From an uncultured virus (IMG/VR IMGVR_UViG_3300032136_000003) (taxonomy: Duplodnaviria; Heunggongvirae; Uroviricota; Caudoviricetes): a DNA stretch of 64,000 nt. A program made the translations under genes and the position numbers. Of this stretch, positions 33,699-48,600 are shown piece by piece. Location: the IMG/VR virus record IMGVR_UViG_3300032136_000003. One strand, 5' to 3'. Within the stretch, counting starts at the first letter, position 1. Each line of letters begins with the position of its first letter. Below the pieces are notes generated by a model. It worked only from the letters and a program-made list of their open reading frames with translations. It was not told the origin of the DNA and did not search any database.

Positions 33699-36600
33699 TT
33701 ATGGGTTCCTGAATGCGTCCTCGATCCACTCTTTCTGTTGATCGGTTAGCTTCCTCGGCTTGCCGTACAAGAAGTTTCTGCTCTTCATACTCCTCTGAGT
33801 ACTGCGGATAGTTCCGTTGACTCTGAGGATGGCGCGACTCCACTTCTCTGTGGACACCTTGTCGTTACCGTCGATCGCTCTGTACAACTTAGCATACAAT
33901 TCTTTCATCACAACACCACGAGCTGACTTGAGAACTTTCTCTCCGTCATACCCATTACGGTTAGCCGCGTCAAGGATAGCTGGCCCAAGAGCTTCAAGGT
34001 TGGCTTTAACCTTTTTATTCTTGTATATGTTATCCGTTCCACCGGCCTTGGCCCACGTTTCAAGCAACCCGGTATATGCCTCAGTGGCTCCACGGAACGA
34101 TATACCTTTGCTCGTTGGACCGAGGAGCTGGAACGGGGCTGCGTCAGGATGCTTAGACCAGGCCAAGATACTGAACGGCATGAACTTCTGGACAGTGTAC
34201 CCAGCACGTGAACCCATGAAACCACCATCTTCACTCATGATCAACCCAGCAAGACCCATGTCCTTGAACTCAAGCTCCCAACCGCCACCACCAGCTGATT
34301 CTCCAGTAGCCTGTTCAATCGCCCAGCGGGCTGGTTGTGACAGCTTACCAGTAAGAGAACCCCAAGGAGTGTCAAGCCAGCGCTTTATTTCGTACGCCTG
34401 CTTACCCCAGCGGATGTATGTCCGACGCTCTCCAGTCGGGTATCCCTTATAGAATGGGAGGTTCCTTACCAGAGGAGTTATGTCAGCACTGAATTTTCTA
34501 CCCTCTTCGTTATTGAACATGAAAAATTCATCGTCATCATCAGGCGGTCCGAAGGCTCTACCTGCTGTGTATGCCAACGCCTGCACCATAGCAGGAACTA
34601 AAGTAATTACCCCCAGCATCATGGTAGGCCACCTGCGGAACATGATATGCTTGAACTCTTGATCAGACAAATATGTCTTGGAGAATGCTCCGGTCAATAA
34701 CTCTCCACCAGCAGCTCTCCAAGCCGATATCGACCAGTTAGGTGAGAACATCAGCAGGGAAAGGTTACGCCTCCAAGTAGGTGTCATATAAGACATCTTA
34801 TTCCAGTTCACTCCACCAAGTTCACCGTTGATGTAGTTCACATACGGAGCCATGTCCTCTTCAAAATCAAACGGCAGACCCGCTGCCTCAGCCTCAGCTT
34901 CCAATTTCTGTGCCATGAAGTGAGCGGCCCAGAGTTTGGCTGAGTTAAAGAAGCTGTCAAAGACTATCTCTGTTTGTTTCAGTGGTAGCTTGGCGATCAT
35001 CTCAAAGTTATCTGCTGCTTTCTTACCGATGTTGGTGAGAACCCAGTCAGTCATCTTCGCTATGTCCTTCTCAAGGATACCCCGCGGCAGACTTAATGGA
35101 TGAGATGAGTCACTATAAGTGATACCTATCTTGCGCCCTTTCTTCATTAGTTCTACCACGTACGGATGTTCGGACTTGATAGCTTCTTCAAACTCGAGAA
35201 GCATCTTAAGACCACCCTGCCTCCAGAATTCTCCATGAGACAAAGCAGTGAGCGATTCCAAACCAGCGATTGGGAAGAACAATGAGAACTGTAGAGCCCC
35301 CATCTTCATCCAAGCATTAGCGCGTTCGATTCCTTTGAGCGCCCCATATGGATCTTGCCAAGGAGTTTCAAATACGTGCTTCAAGATACCAGCCACCTCG
35401 CCACCAGCCATTGCCGCGTCTAGAATGTTTTCTCCTCCTCGGCCCCGGTGTATTGTATAGAACGCGTTGACTGATGGATAAGGCGACTCAACTCTTGTAT
35501 AGCCTTTATTTTTTACGAAATGATCCTGCACCATTTGATCTATGTTCCACTTAGCAGACTGTGTTTTGTCGAGAGGCTTACCCAAATAACGAGAAAGATT
35601 CTGAGCAACAGCTTCCCAAGTAACGTCCGTGACAAGATTCTCACCAGCGTAATTCAGGTTAGGAGACGGAATAACGAGAGGCGTGTTAGCCGCGTCTGTG
35701 GTAAGAAGCATTTGATTTATCATAGCCCTGTTAGCAGTACTCGTCATAATGTCAGACGCGTATTTGTGCAGCATTTCGTTAGCCCCAATGCTATCAGGTC
35801 TGTAACCACCAAGCATATAAGCATCTTCGTATGTGCTGTACTTACGAGTTTTTGTTCTATTGCTATACCCACGATTCTTGAAATCAACCATCATCTCACC
35901 AGTAGCTTTCGCCAGAGCGAGGGGATGCTCGAGCATATCCCCATCAGCAAGTTTGATAGGATCGTCGAGAGTCTTCTGAGCATTCGCTAAACGAGCTAGC
36001 AGTCTGTCATAAACTTCTCCGTGAATGAAGTTAGCCAAGTCAGCATAATCCATGTCAGGAGTTAGCCCGATGTCCTTGTGAGCTCCCGATCTGATCTCAG
36101 AGATAGCTTGACCTTCGTTCTTGAAGTGCAGTCCTTTGAGACCGAAAGCAAACTTGAGCATCTTGTATGAAGCGTCCGTGAGACTTCTCACCCTACCGCT
36201 TGCTTCTTTGGAAGCGGCTAAAGTTAACCTATGGGATTCCATGTTCTTCTCGAGGACGGCTTGGATGTTTTTCTCTAATGCAAGCCTGGCTGCTTTCTCT
36301 TCAGTACCCAAGAAACCAATACCCTTGTAATGGGTAACGTAGTTTTCGCGGTGCCACAGATAAGGTGCGTCAGGGCTCACGAACCAAGGAAGATCAGTTG
36401 TTACTTCCTTGTATAAGTTCTCCAAACGCTCCGACGTTTCACGCGCCAGTTCAGCTATATCCATGCGCTTAGGATCCCTACCAGCATCCAAAAGTTTCTG
36501 TCTATAAGAGGATGATCTAAAGTATTTGTCAATCATGCTAACAGGAACCATCCAGTTCATCTTGGTTGGGCGCCAGTTGCTATCTTCTTCCTGACCGTTA

Positions 36601-39600
36601 GCCAATGTTTCTGTTGCATCTGCCCTATAGTCAGCGTCACCGACGTTGATAGGAACCTTCTGATATATACCAATACCAGCAGCATGCAGGGCACGAGCTA
36701 CAGCTCTGTCTCGAGCCAGTTGCTCGGGACGGCTTTTTCCATCCATCTTAATACCAGCCATAACCTTTTTCTTGGCTTCAAGCAATTGGTCAGCTATTTC
36801 TTTCGGGAATACATCGTAGATACTCTTATCGTTCTCAGTGAATATACCTGTTATAACGTGCGCTACTTCCAGAGCAGCCTTGTGGTCTGTCTTGCCATCT
36901 TTGGTAGCGTGCTCCATGCTGGCCATTGCAGCCGCTTGGACTACTTCAGCAAGTTTTCTCTCGTCCTCAGTCAACTTATTTCTAGTCGCCCCACTTGCAT
37001 GAGTAGTACGAGTTAATTCAGGTCCCTCTCCCCTGTTACCCTTCAAATCTATTTTGGTTTTCTCTGTGATGAACGCACGTACTTGGCCCCCGTCACCAAG
37101 AGCCCATTCGTGAATGATCTTAGTATAGTGGGCACTCTCTTCAGCCAGTATAGCGCTCAGCTTACCCTGCTCTTTCATTAGAATCCTATGCAAAGCGTTA
37201 GATCCACCGATAAGAGAGGGAGCGATGATGCTGTTCAACACTTCAGCCGCATTCAATACAGACGCTGAAACAGTTCCATCAACGTAATCAGAGTCACCTG
37301 CTTCTTGAACCATGGCATATGGTGGTATTTTATGGGGGATGATATTGTGGTCACTCATCCTTGCTGTCTGCATTCTAGGTACGTTGTTCGCGGCATGCTC
37401 AAGCAGTGACAGGATGGTAGCGTTGTCCATACCATAAATCTTTTGGTCTTTAATAGCCATCAAGCTGGCACGAGCAGCTTCGAAAGTAGGTGCTGCTTTG
37501 TATCCAACCAATGCCTTATCCCAAGCAGACTTGATCTTGGCAGCTTCGATAGCAACCTTGTTCTTGCCTTCTTTCTTGGCATGCTCCATCGCAGCTTGTT
37601 CTTTCTCACCTAGCTTGATGGCTTTCTGTTTCATGTGCCATGAGACAAGTTGATCGCGACTTTTGGCCCTGTCAGCCCAGATGTTGGACGTACGTTTACC
37701 TGTGCCGTCGTATGTTCTATCAAAGATATCCATAGTGTTTTCGACGCGGGCACGAAGTCCAGCCATATCACTACGGCGGTACAGTTTGGAGTCTCTCAAC
37801 TCAAGCTGTGCCATAACGAAGTCACCCTCGTTTATGGCTTCTAACATATTCTTGAAACCTGGGAGAACGCTCCAATGATACAAGTCAACGATAGCGACCT
37901 GACGCTCAGTAGAAAGTTTGTCGAATCCAGCAATATCTTTACGGGCTTTTGCGATATACTTTTTGGTGAAGTGGTTGAGAAGCGCATCGTACTCTGCTTC
38001 TGTTATGCTCTTCTTACCGCTCTTCAGATCCTCGAATGACGCCCCGGTGATCTTCTCTATCTCAGCCTTGCGCTTATCAAACAATCTGATTCCCGGGCCG
38101 ATGGCTGGTGTACCTAGATCGTCGTACGCTGACATGTTACGTCCAGTACGCCCCTCGAAACTCGCGATACGTGCTGCAGCAGCTTGTTCCATATTGAGCT
38201 GTTTGACAGATTCAATTGGATTGCCTACCTTGCCACGAGCGTCCATCGTTGGGGTCACTGCCGTAGCAATCAGCCCAGCGGCTACGAGCTCCCGAATGGA
38301 AGCTGTAGTTTCGCCGGTAGCTGCGATCTCAACGCCCGATGGTGTGGGAGAAAACAGGGGTTGCTGTACCGGAGCTACCTGACGTGCAGGGGCTGCGGCC
38401 TCCTTTGTTGAGATCAAGGGTTTAAGTCTATTTGTATAAAGTCTTGTGTCTGCTTGAGATAATCCGCCAATACGATCGCGAGATATCTCACGGGTCAGGT
38501 CTCTCGTTATAAGTTCAGGTTTCCTGTTCTTATCTGTACGAATCCGATCGAATCTTTCAGCGTGGGCCTTGATCTCAGCATTGAAGAAACGCATATCGTT
38601 ACGCGCGCTTTCGGGCATCGGTCTTGGAATTGATTCACCGTAGTTACCGCGAACCCTTGCATATTCATAAGCAGCTCTCGATTTAGCTTGAACCGCTGAC
38701 TTAGCATCTACTATAGAAGCAGATGTTGTTCCCGGTCTCTCTATAATCTGAGGAGCTTCGGACACTACTTCCGAACGAGCTGTCTCCATATCCAACTCTC
38801 GGTACACACCGGGACGATGAAGCAATTTTACCTTGTCAGATGTTCTGGTTATTGCCGTGTAGTACCAACGACCTGCGTTCCAAGACGGGGCTACGTAGTC
38901 CTGATCCACGTAAACAGTTTCCCATTGGCTACCTTGAGACTTGTGGGCTGTAACTGCGTACCCGTAGGTAGCTATTACTAGCTTCTTGCTGACACCGAGT
39001 TTGCCCTCTTTGTCCTTTTTTATATCACCCTTATCCATTAATTTTATCAATGTTTCCCTCGATATTCCCTTCAGAATGTCTGGGTGATACAAGCTCGGTA
39101 TGTCCATGGCAGTTACAAAGTACATGGTCACGCGGCGGGGGCCTCCTTCTCCAAGGGTGTTTATCTGGGCGGTAACCCTCTTTACAGGTACTGTTATATC
39201 CTTCTTATACTTCCCAGACCCCTTGGTCGCCTGAACGGTGAATTCATACTCGTCGCTTTCTGATGCAGGCGCTTCGGTTACAGTGAACAACTCGCTGTTG
39301 GATACCCCCACAGCGTTGGCCACTCCCATAAGCCTATCTCCCTCGTTCAGCATGTTGTTCGCATCCGCCCCAAATAAGGCTTTCCTCGCGTACCTATTGT
39401 ACATATTCCGCTGTCTATTGGTGGCCGTTACCATAATCGTCTGTTCACTATCACGCTTCACGTCGTCCTGATAATCCCGAATGAATTTCTGATCCTGAGC
39501 CGTGTCATAGATCTTAAATTGTTCTGTACCAGCTCCTACGGGTATGGAGGGCACATTGTCTTGCCTCGTCTTAGTAGCCATTACCAAAACATCAGAGTCA

Positions 39601-42600
39601 GATGCTTGTCTCATAACTCCGGACAAAGTAGTTTTGAACGTGGATGGTATTGGACTCTTGTTTACGTGTAGAACAAAAGACGGGGCTCCAACCGGTTCTA
39701 TCTGGTAGTTATCACCTACATAGAGAACGCGGGCCCCTACCTTGGCTGTTTCTGACTTGATAGTCTCGTACAGGTCTTTATCCACCATAGAAGATTCGTC
39801 TATTATAATGAAGGATCCTTCAGTCAGTCCGCGAGGTACCCACTTGTCGGTCTCTGGATCTTTCTCCCCAAACAAGCCTTTGTGAATTGTGCTGATATCG
39901 GCTGATACTCCGTTGGCTTCCATCTTACCACGGACTATGTTCGTCGCCTGGTTAGACAACGCCCATATGGAAACTGACACGCTTGGATCCAAGTACTGCT
40001 GATGCCTCACCACGTTCTCCATCATTGTGGTTTTGCCAGTACCTGCGTACCCAACTAGCTCTGCTTCAGCCGCATCGCTTTTAAGAAATTCAGCTATTGC
40101 CTGCAACGCTTCGGCTTGTTCCACTGTCGGTAGTAACGTGTCGCGTCGTGCTGTGAGTATGTTGCTATCTAAAGCATCGGCTTCTTCACGAGTTGGGTTA
40201 AGCTTCTCTACTGGAGCAGTGGCTTGGTTTACTGCCGCTGCTGGAGCTTCCCCCGACCCTATCGCAGAATCAGCGTCAGCCTTGAGTATATCTTCAGCCT
40301 CTTGGTTGACTTGTTCGGCTCTGGCTAACTCTGGGTCTTTAGGTGCTGCTTCCGCCCGTCTCAGCTTGCCCAATACCACGGCGTTGTCAGCCACATCAAA
40401 GAAGTTTTCCTCATTGACAGGTTGTCCTGCGGCTTCGGATAGCAAGTTCCAGTCTGTTACAGTTAATTCAGGGAGTAGAGCGGCCACGTCTCCTTGGTCC
40501 AAGGCTTCTTCGCCCTCTTGTGGCGCGCTTGCGATGGCTCGTAGTGCGTCAGACATTCCTCCAGCAACTGCTTTAGGTGCGGCTTCTCCCCTACCGAACA
40601 CACTACCAGTTGGAGGCGGTTCAAATTCGCCTTCCAGATCAGGCTCCACACCGACGTCAGCGTCCAAATCCAATCCTTCGGGAGCCTCAAAAAATTCAGG
40701 GGTTGCTTCGAATTCCATTGCGTCCAACGCAGCTGCTGCTTGTCCAGATATTCCGTCTTCGAGGTTAGCCCGGCTCGTCACTGCTACCGCTGCTTTACCC
40801 TTAGGGGTAACACCCAGTAACTGAGCCACCTTCTCGGACGCGTCAAATATAGAAGTGGTATCGTATTTTTCCTGTATGATCGCGTTGAGGTTTTTGTTTG
40901 CTTTCTTGGATGTGAACGGGTCGCCCTCGCTATCCAAGTTCTGGGAGTCCAGATCCGGTTCGGAACCTGATTTAGCTCCCGCCTCACTCTCCAGATAGAT
41001 CACGTTACCTGCGTCTATTCCACTTCCTTTCACGAAGTTCAGACCCAAGTCGCTGAACATAGCAGTAGCAGCAATACGCCGCCTATTATATGCGGTGACG
41101 TTACTAACAGCCATCGTACCAGCCAACGCTGCAGCCCAGTCGCTACCCTCAATATCCATGTTACGGAACCAGTCATTGTGGACAGAAAGTTCTGCTTTGG
41201 TGAGGTCTTTACGGAACTGACTTTCTGGCCCTCCTGTGAACGGCACGAAGGAACCTATGTACGTCCCAGCCACAGATCCATAACTAGCGACTCCATTGAT
41301 GAAAAGCTCGAGCTGTAACTCACGTGGGAGCGCGTCAAAATCTTTTTGGACTCTAAGTAGTTCCGGCTCAGTCAGTTGGATACCGGCGCTTCCTTCGTAC
41401 AAAGGCTGTAGTCGAAGGGCGTTGGTTACTTCCCGGGACTCAGTAACTAGTTGCAAGAAAGTATTTTCTGGATACTCAGCAATAAGATCGTTGAGACGGC
41501 TAGCGTTGAACATAGGATTGAGATCGGATATACCTGAATTATTTACCATATGGCGCAACGCGATTAAACCAGCTACGTTCTTCAAATGAGTCTCTATGCT
41601 GACGTCGCCATGACGAGCAGAATCAGATGCCGATTGTTTCCAAGAGTAGAGCATGCTTCCGTTGTCTGTTGCTGAGTACAAAGCCGATGGCAAAGTGTCT
41701 TTCAACTTGCTGGCTAACACTCTTACAGGAGCTGCCAACGCGCTATCTTCTCCTTTATCAACAAAAGTAATCTCGCCACCGTCACGCAGTATGTCTTCGT
41801 TGACCCATTTGCTAGCTGTCTTCAAGGAGTTCATTATAACACCAAGCGATTCCAGCTTAGGGCTACCAAACATCAAGTCATTGATCTGACCCATCTTGCG
41901 TATATCGACACTGGCCTCATACAGACGAATAATCCCAGCGAACTGAGATTTGTTCTTTAAGAAATCTTTGGTTGCCTGCTTCTCTGCTTTCTTAACGTCC
42001 TCGGGATCATCAAGCACCTCTGCTACGGCGGTGATCTTAGCCTCGTCGAGTCTCTTGCGCTCTTCATCCGTCAGCATATTCTCAGCTATGTCGTACATCA
42101 AAGTAGCGACACTCTTCTGCTTACCGTCAGGAGTCAGCATCTGGGCGCCGTCGTTACTCGCTTTGTCAACAGCCTGGATAAGTTCGGAGCTGGCTAGTGT
42201 TTTCATCAAAGAGATGGCGCGATTTGCCGCAGCTTCGAACTCTACTTTATGGTTATAGTCCCCACCAGCTTCTGGGTTTAACGTGTCTGCGTCCCAAGCG
42301 ATTGCTGGTATCAACATGGACTGCACCAACGCAGTCAGACCCATGTCAGCAACCTGACGTAACTTCGGATCATCCACGTCCAAGTTGACTATACCGGAGG
42401 AAGCAAGGTACATGCCCAACTGCTCTCTGTTCCAAGCGTTACGATCTGTCCTGATTGCTTCTACATCACGAAAGCTTCGGCGAATAACGAGAGTCTCTCC
42501 ATCGTCTGTAGCGACGATGATTGGATTTTCAGTATCCATCAAGTAAGCACCAGCTGCGTTGAGCAATCGTACTGTGGTTCCGCTCTTAGCCGCGATAGCC

Positions 42601-45600
42601 AGAACATCAGATCCAGCACGACCCTTGACCATTGTGTCGACCGTGTATTCATCTGAATTGAGTTTCAGCGGAGCTGTGCGTTTCTTCATCGCCTCTTCTG
42701 TAGCTTCTGCCCCGTATATACCGAACTTCTTGTTAACATCCTCGATGCTCATTGTAGACCAAGTGGCTACATCTACATCGTTGTACGCTTCAATCATCAA
42801 TCTGACGACTCTATTAGATATACCTTCTTTGGTATCTGTATAGAAATCTCCGGCTACGATCATGTGAGTAGCGTCTCCGTCGTAGTCACCACCTGAGTAT
42901 TTGTAACGCTCATCGGCCAGACGAACCAAGTTAGACTTCTTGTTTCCTATGTTGTTTCTAAGACGAGCAACTTGTCCAGAGGCCAAATCCACAGAAGGAA
43001 TTCTAACGTCCAGTACGGTACCGCCAAGCAGAACCCACTCACCGTTGTCCAGCTGTCTTATCGCATCTCTGATTATAGACGCATCCAGTATTGGTCTGCC
43101 CTTGGAATCCAATTGAACTATAGGAGCTCCTGCGGGAATCCAAGGAATGCCATCTTCTTCTGTGAATGCAATTTCATTAGGCGCTGCTGCTCTACCCTCA
43201 GTCTCGCTTACAAATAAATCTGCATATGGAAGCCTCGCAGCTTTTCCTTCTGGAGATTCAAACTTGTAATAATCATTAGGGGTCTTGAGTAAAGCATCTC
43301 CATTGGACCTGTTAAAATTAAATCTGAAAGAGTTCTTCACAAAACCGATGATGTCTTCTCTACCCTCAAAAGCTTTACCTCTTGCACCATATATAGCAGG
43401 ACGTACGCCAGATATGTTACCATCCATAACGGCAGACATTACTACGTTATTCTTGCGGTCGATCAAACCATTGTCAGCTACGGTTATATTCTGGTTATAC
43501 TCAGTAAGTATGTTGGCTTTCTTCGCGGCAAACTCAGCGATATTCTGTCCCATGGCTCTACGTGTCTTGAACTCAACGCTACTGACAACAGCTCTAAGAA
43601 CCTGAGTCTTTGAGATAACATCCGGTGAAACGATGGAACGTGAGCCGTTGCGCAGGGATTCTGCCAACAGAGGGTCGCGGGCTTCCAATGCTTTGATAGC
43701 AACTTGAGTAAGTTCTTCTCTGGTAGGCATGAGTGATTGTCCCGCCACGTCAGAATATCTTGCCATCAAATCAATAATAGGTGTAGCCATTGCGTGAGGA
43801 ACGTCAAGCATGATAGCCTGTATCTGTCTCGCGGCTCTCTTGTACTTGGCGTATGTATCACCGTGCAATACCTGAGGAACCCTGAAGTTTTTCGGATTCA
43901 TTTCTTGTATAAATTTAGACACTCTAGGAGCCATCGCAGCAAGTAACTTGTCTCTGATAGCTTCGTAAGACAGCCCGTTGAGATCTTCTCCCGATTCAGT
44001 GAGGGCGTCGAGGCCCATCAGACCGTCTTTGTTTATAACGTCGCCAATACGATAGTCAGTTATGTTAGGAAGACCAAAAGATTCCTTGCTCGGAACCTTC
44101 ATGTTGGATGTGGGAACGATGAAATCGATACCGAAATGATCCATGAACTCTTTCAACGCTTTGTCTGTAGGACTTACAGTACCCTCAGCCCCTCTATTGC
44201 TGGCTGCGAGTTCTTCTATATTAACGCCGTTCATCTTATCCAGATGGGCCAAGTCTTTGAACGCGCCTGAAATCTGCATCTTCAATGAGTAAGCGGACTC
44301 AGTACTTCCGGCGTGTTCTTCACTAAGCATCTTTGCAAGTGCTCTACCTACATTGCCACTAAAGAAATACTGTCCATCGGAATTACCGTGAACGTCGTTC
44401 ATATCAACAAAGGCTACGCGCAAGTTGTCCCCGGATCTGTCTGGATCCAACTCTTTGAGCATATCTGGAAGTCCTTCAAGAGTGAGGGTAGCGCCAGTCA
44501 ACTGGTTACCATCACGCTTACTCTTTGTGGCGAGCATCTTCTGTACGATAGGAATGGATTCTAGATTCTCAGCTTCTGTAAGTGCTGTACTAAGTTCTCC
44601 CATAGTCATCAACAAGCTTTTGGATATCTTGCCAACTTCTGTGGACACGTAAGCCCGGAGCGATCCAGACATTGCTGTGTCAAACTTCAAACCATAATAA
44701 GCATAATGCATTTGCCTTGCGATATCGAAGGTCTTAATGGAGTCGACACCTTTTGCGTTGTTAAATTCTTTCTGCATATCACGCATATCAGCTGGAGATA
44801 TAAGCGCCGCAGCTTCGATACGCATTCTGTTCGGGTCGTTGTATTCTTTCTCATACAGCGAGACCAGTTCAGCGAGATTTGTTTTGGGCAACTTAAGCCA
44901 GTAACTGGAGTCCTTGTCACCCAAGCTTCCTGTGTGAACATAACCGTGTTTCCACATCATGTCACGTACAGTTGCGTACGCTACGGGATTCTTATACAAT
45001 TCAGAGGCTTTTATATGCGTAAATTTATTTATGGAAAACTCAGGTACGAATAAAATAGCTTCATGGAATGGTATATCTAACTCTTTTGCAAAAGCTTTGA
45101 CACCTTCCAAGAAACCATTGGTTCCCCGCAGAGGAGTAAATCCCTTGCCAGAATTAGCCTTGAACGTCGGTATGACCCAGTTGGGCATGTTGGCCGCATC
45201 AGCTATCAGCACCGCGTTTGGCTGTCCTTTGTTGGACTGCTGAACGCCTATCCAGTTATCGTTCATAGCCTTCGTTATGGCTTGACCGCGTTTGTACTGA
45301 CTCTCTGAAGTGATTAAATTCTTCTGTCGTGCTACGCCAAAATGATACTCAATGGTTTTGCTCAAACCAGATAAGCGTTTCAATCCGGTGGCATTCTTTG
45401 CGGCACTCGAGAACAAAGTCTTTGGAGCACCAGTCCAACGGGCCAAGAAATCAAAGTAGTCAGACGCCCAAGCAGGATCTTTTTTCAATCTACTTATGAC
45501 AGAGTCCTCGGTCAATCGTTCCCTCGGTGCGAGGTTAGCATCGTTCTCCACCTTTTCATACATAGCTACGATCTCACCCATTACCTTAGGTGAACCAATC

Positions 45601-48600
45601 AATCGATCCCTATGAGTCTCGGCACGTTTGATAAGCATAGGAGCAGCTGTCTTTGAGCCGGTGGTCTCTAATTCAATCTCACCATCTGTCATGTTCACCA
45701 CGCCTTGAGCCGCTGGAACGTAGACCCATGATCTGGCTACTCTAAGCTTGGCGTTCAGGTAACCCATGTTGACTCCCTTAGAGTTCTCGTCCTGCTCTAA
45801 GGCTACCTTGTTACTAACTATGACAATATCTTTGAAGGCTCGTTCTTCAGGAAGCATGTCCGGACTATCTTCACTGAGATATGCCTTCATGTTTTCTGTA
45901 CTTAACAAGGCCTTGTGCAGAGCATTCCAAGAAGACTCGGTCTGTGTCAAGCGCTCCAAAGCCCCGTAACCATATCCCGGGCCAAGTGTCTGTTCGAACA
46001 CGGCTGCTAAAGCACCCAGCGCTTCAACGTTTTTCATGTTCTGAGCATCTTGATCCTCGTGAGATCGTTCAATGGTTATACCTTCGTCAGCGGCTTTATC
46101 GTTCTTTTCTTGCACAAAGGAAGCGCCGGGCGCTACCGCAGTCTCGTCTGACTTGGCTTCCTTCTTCTTGTGATCAGCGATTCTGATAAGTTCTTCAACA
46201 GCCGACAAATCTCTGTACAATTCTTTAGCATACTCACCAGGAACTGGAGGTGCTTCGAGATTTCTTTCTATAGCCATGAAATCAGCGAGGAGCGCACCAG
46301 CTGCGGCTTTCTCTTCTGGAGTATTATCTGCAAATAAATTAGCTTCTGCTACGGCCTGCAAGGCTGCGAGTTTATCATCCGGAGGCGCAGCATTGATGAT
46401 TACCTTCGCCTGTTCTACTTTGGCTTCGATAGCACTCAAGACATCTTCAGAAGGTGCGATTGACGCGCTCCCACCGAATATTTTGTCAAGCAAATCAGCT
46501 GCTGCCTTGTTCTCAGCATCTTCTTTACCTACCAACGAGGCCGCGTTGTCAATAACCTTAGGGGCCGGGGCTTCTTTGGGAGCTACTTCAGCGATTTCAG
46601 GTGCTGGAGCTAAACCGACTTCAGGCTCCGGTTCTTGTGGAGCGGGTTTCTTGGCTTCGGCCTTTTTAGGCGCGGCCTTTTTAGGCGCGGCCTTTTTAGG
46701 CGCGGCCTTTTTAGGAGCTGCCTTTTTAGCTTTAGGGGCTTCGGCTTTAGGGGCTTCAGCTTTAGGAGCTTCAGCTTTAGGAGCCTGACCTCTGTCTCCC
46801 TGAGGAAGTAGTCCGGGCAACTGATCATCTAAATCAGGCTCTGATCTCTTGACTTGCTTCTTGGCTTCTGCCTTAGGCTTGCCAGCTTCAGCGTCTTTGG
46901 CTGCTTTTTCTACTGTAGGCTGTTGAGCATTCTTGACAGCAGCGGCCACTCTATCTGCTATAAGGGCTCTCGCCTGCACGTTCAGCAGAGGATTGGCGTT
47001 CCACATCGCTTCCGTAAGATCGACAGATGTGACGCCGTCACGGGATGTAAGCATACCCCAAACGCCAGCCATCTCTGATATGAAAGCATCGATACCTGGA
47101 ACGGTGGACAGGGCTTCTTTTAACTGTCCAATCTCTTTCCTGAAAGGAGCGTTGCCAGGAACTTGGTCATATCCCATAACGGCGTAGCCAAACAACTTTA
47201 TTGCGGCTTCTATGTTATCACTGTCTTTCAACAGTTTGATCAGCGCTTTATAATCCCCAGCATCTGAACGTTCACTTATAGCCCGGTAAGCGTTAGTTAT
47301 AAATCTTGCTACAGCAGGTGGGTTCTTGTACCTAGAAGAGTACCCATTAACAGCCAAGTCGAGGTTCTTAAGAGCGCTTTCTCCTGAGTCTTCCCACATA
47401 GAATAACCACCAGCATCTAAACTAGTAGCGATCTTGTTAGCGCTGTTCAACGCACCAATACTTATAAACCAATTACCATCAGAATCTTGTCTTCCGAGCA
47501 ACGTATCTTTAACATACTTCTCAGCTGCTTTATCTGTTGACCCAGACATAGCACCATAATCAAATAGATTAGCCAAAAGTCTTGGGTTCTTGCTGCTTAC
47601 TTGGTTAGGGAGAGTGAGTCTATAAGATCTATCAGCGTTTAAACGACCTTCGAAACCACGCTGGGATAACTTACTCCTAGCGTCTTCCAGAGACATTACA
47701 TTGGTGGCACTACTTATATCTGAAACAGAAGCCGCCCCGGCTGGGTTCCAACCCTGGATTCTAACCTGACCTTTTCCAGCAGGTTTTATCGTAACCACCT
47801 CGTCATTGCCGTCGGCATCTTGCTTGGTGTAGAACTCTCCAATTTTACCCTTTGCCACGAAATCTTGATATCTCTTCGCCGACTCTACAAGCTGATCGAC
47901 ACCGCTCAGCATACCATCCTTGCTTGCTTCATCTGTCAAACGTATGCCCTGAGATATAGCCAAATCCCAAGCCTGCTCGGAGAATGGATTGTTTATTATG
48001 AAATCAAGTTCTTCGGGGGTGAGATCAAATCCAGGCAGTTCATCCGGAGTCATGCGGACCCTGTCAAGGTCGGCTGGTTCTTTGCTATCTGCTACGGCCT
48101 GTGCTGATGCCAACGCATCAACATCCACTACACCAGCCCTCAGTCCATGCTTGCCCAGTACTGTAGCAATGGCCTCGCGGTTAGCATCAACAGCATCTGC
48201 GATCGGATTCTTCTGGTTGCGAAGAGCCCAGTAATGTCTTTCGGAATCCAAGGGAACGCGAACCAAAGGACTGTCGTTGTCTAATGTAAGAGCGTTTAAC
48301 TTATCTCTGAGATCTTCGTAAGACAAACCATTGAGATCTTCTCCTGATTCCTTGAGGGCATCGTACACACGTCCCTTGACTTGAAATGTTTTTCTAGCCA
48401 TAGCTATGGCTTCCATAACAGATTCTTTAGCCAATACAGCGGCTTGCTTTGTGGCGTCTTCTTCTGATACGCCTTTCTTCAGCATGTTGTCTTTCAGTCT
48501 CTGATTGACTTGCGTGTACATGCTAACAAAAGCAGTCTTACCATCGAACCCAATCTTTTGGTCAGCGGTACTGTACCGAGGGTGGTTGATGAACTGTCCT

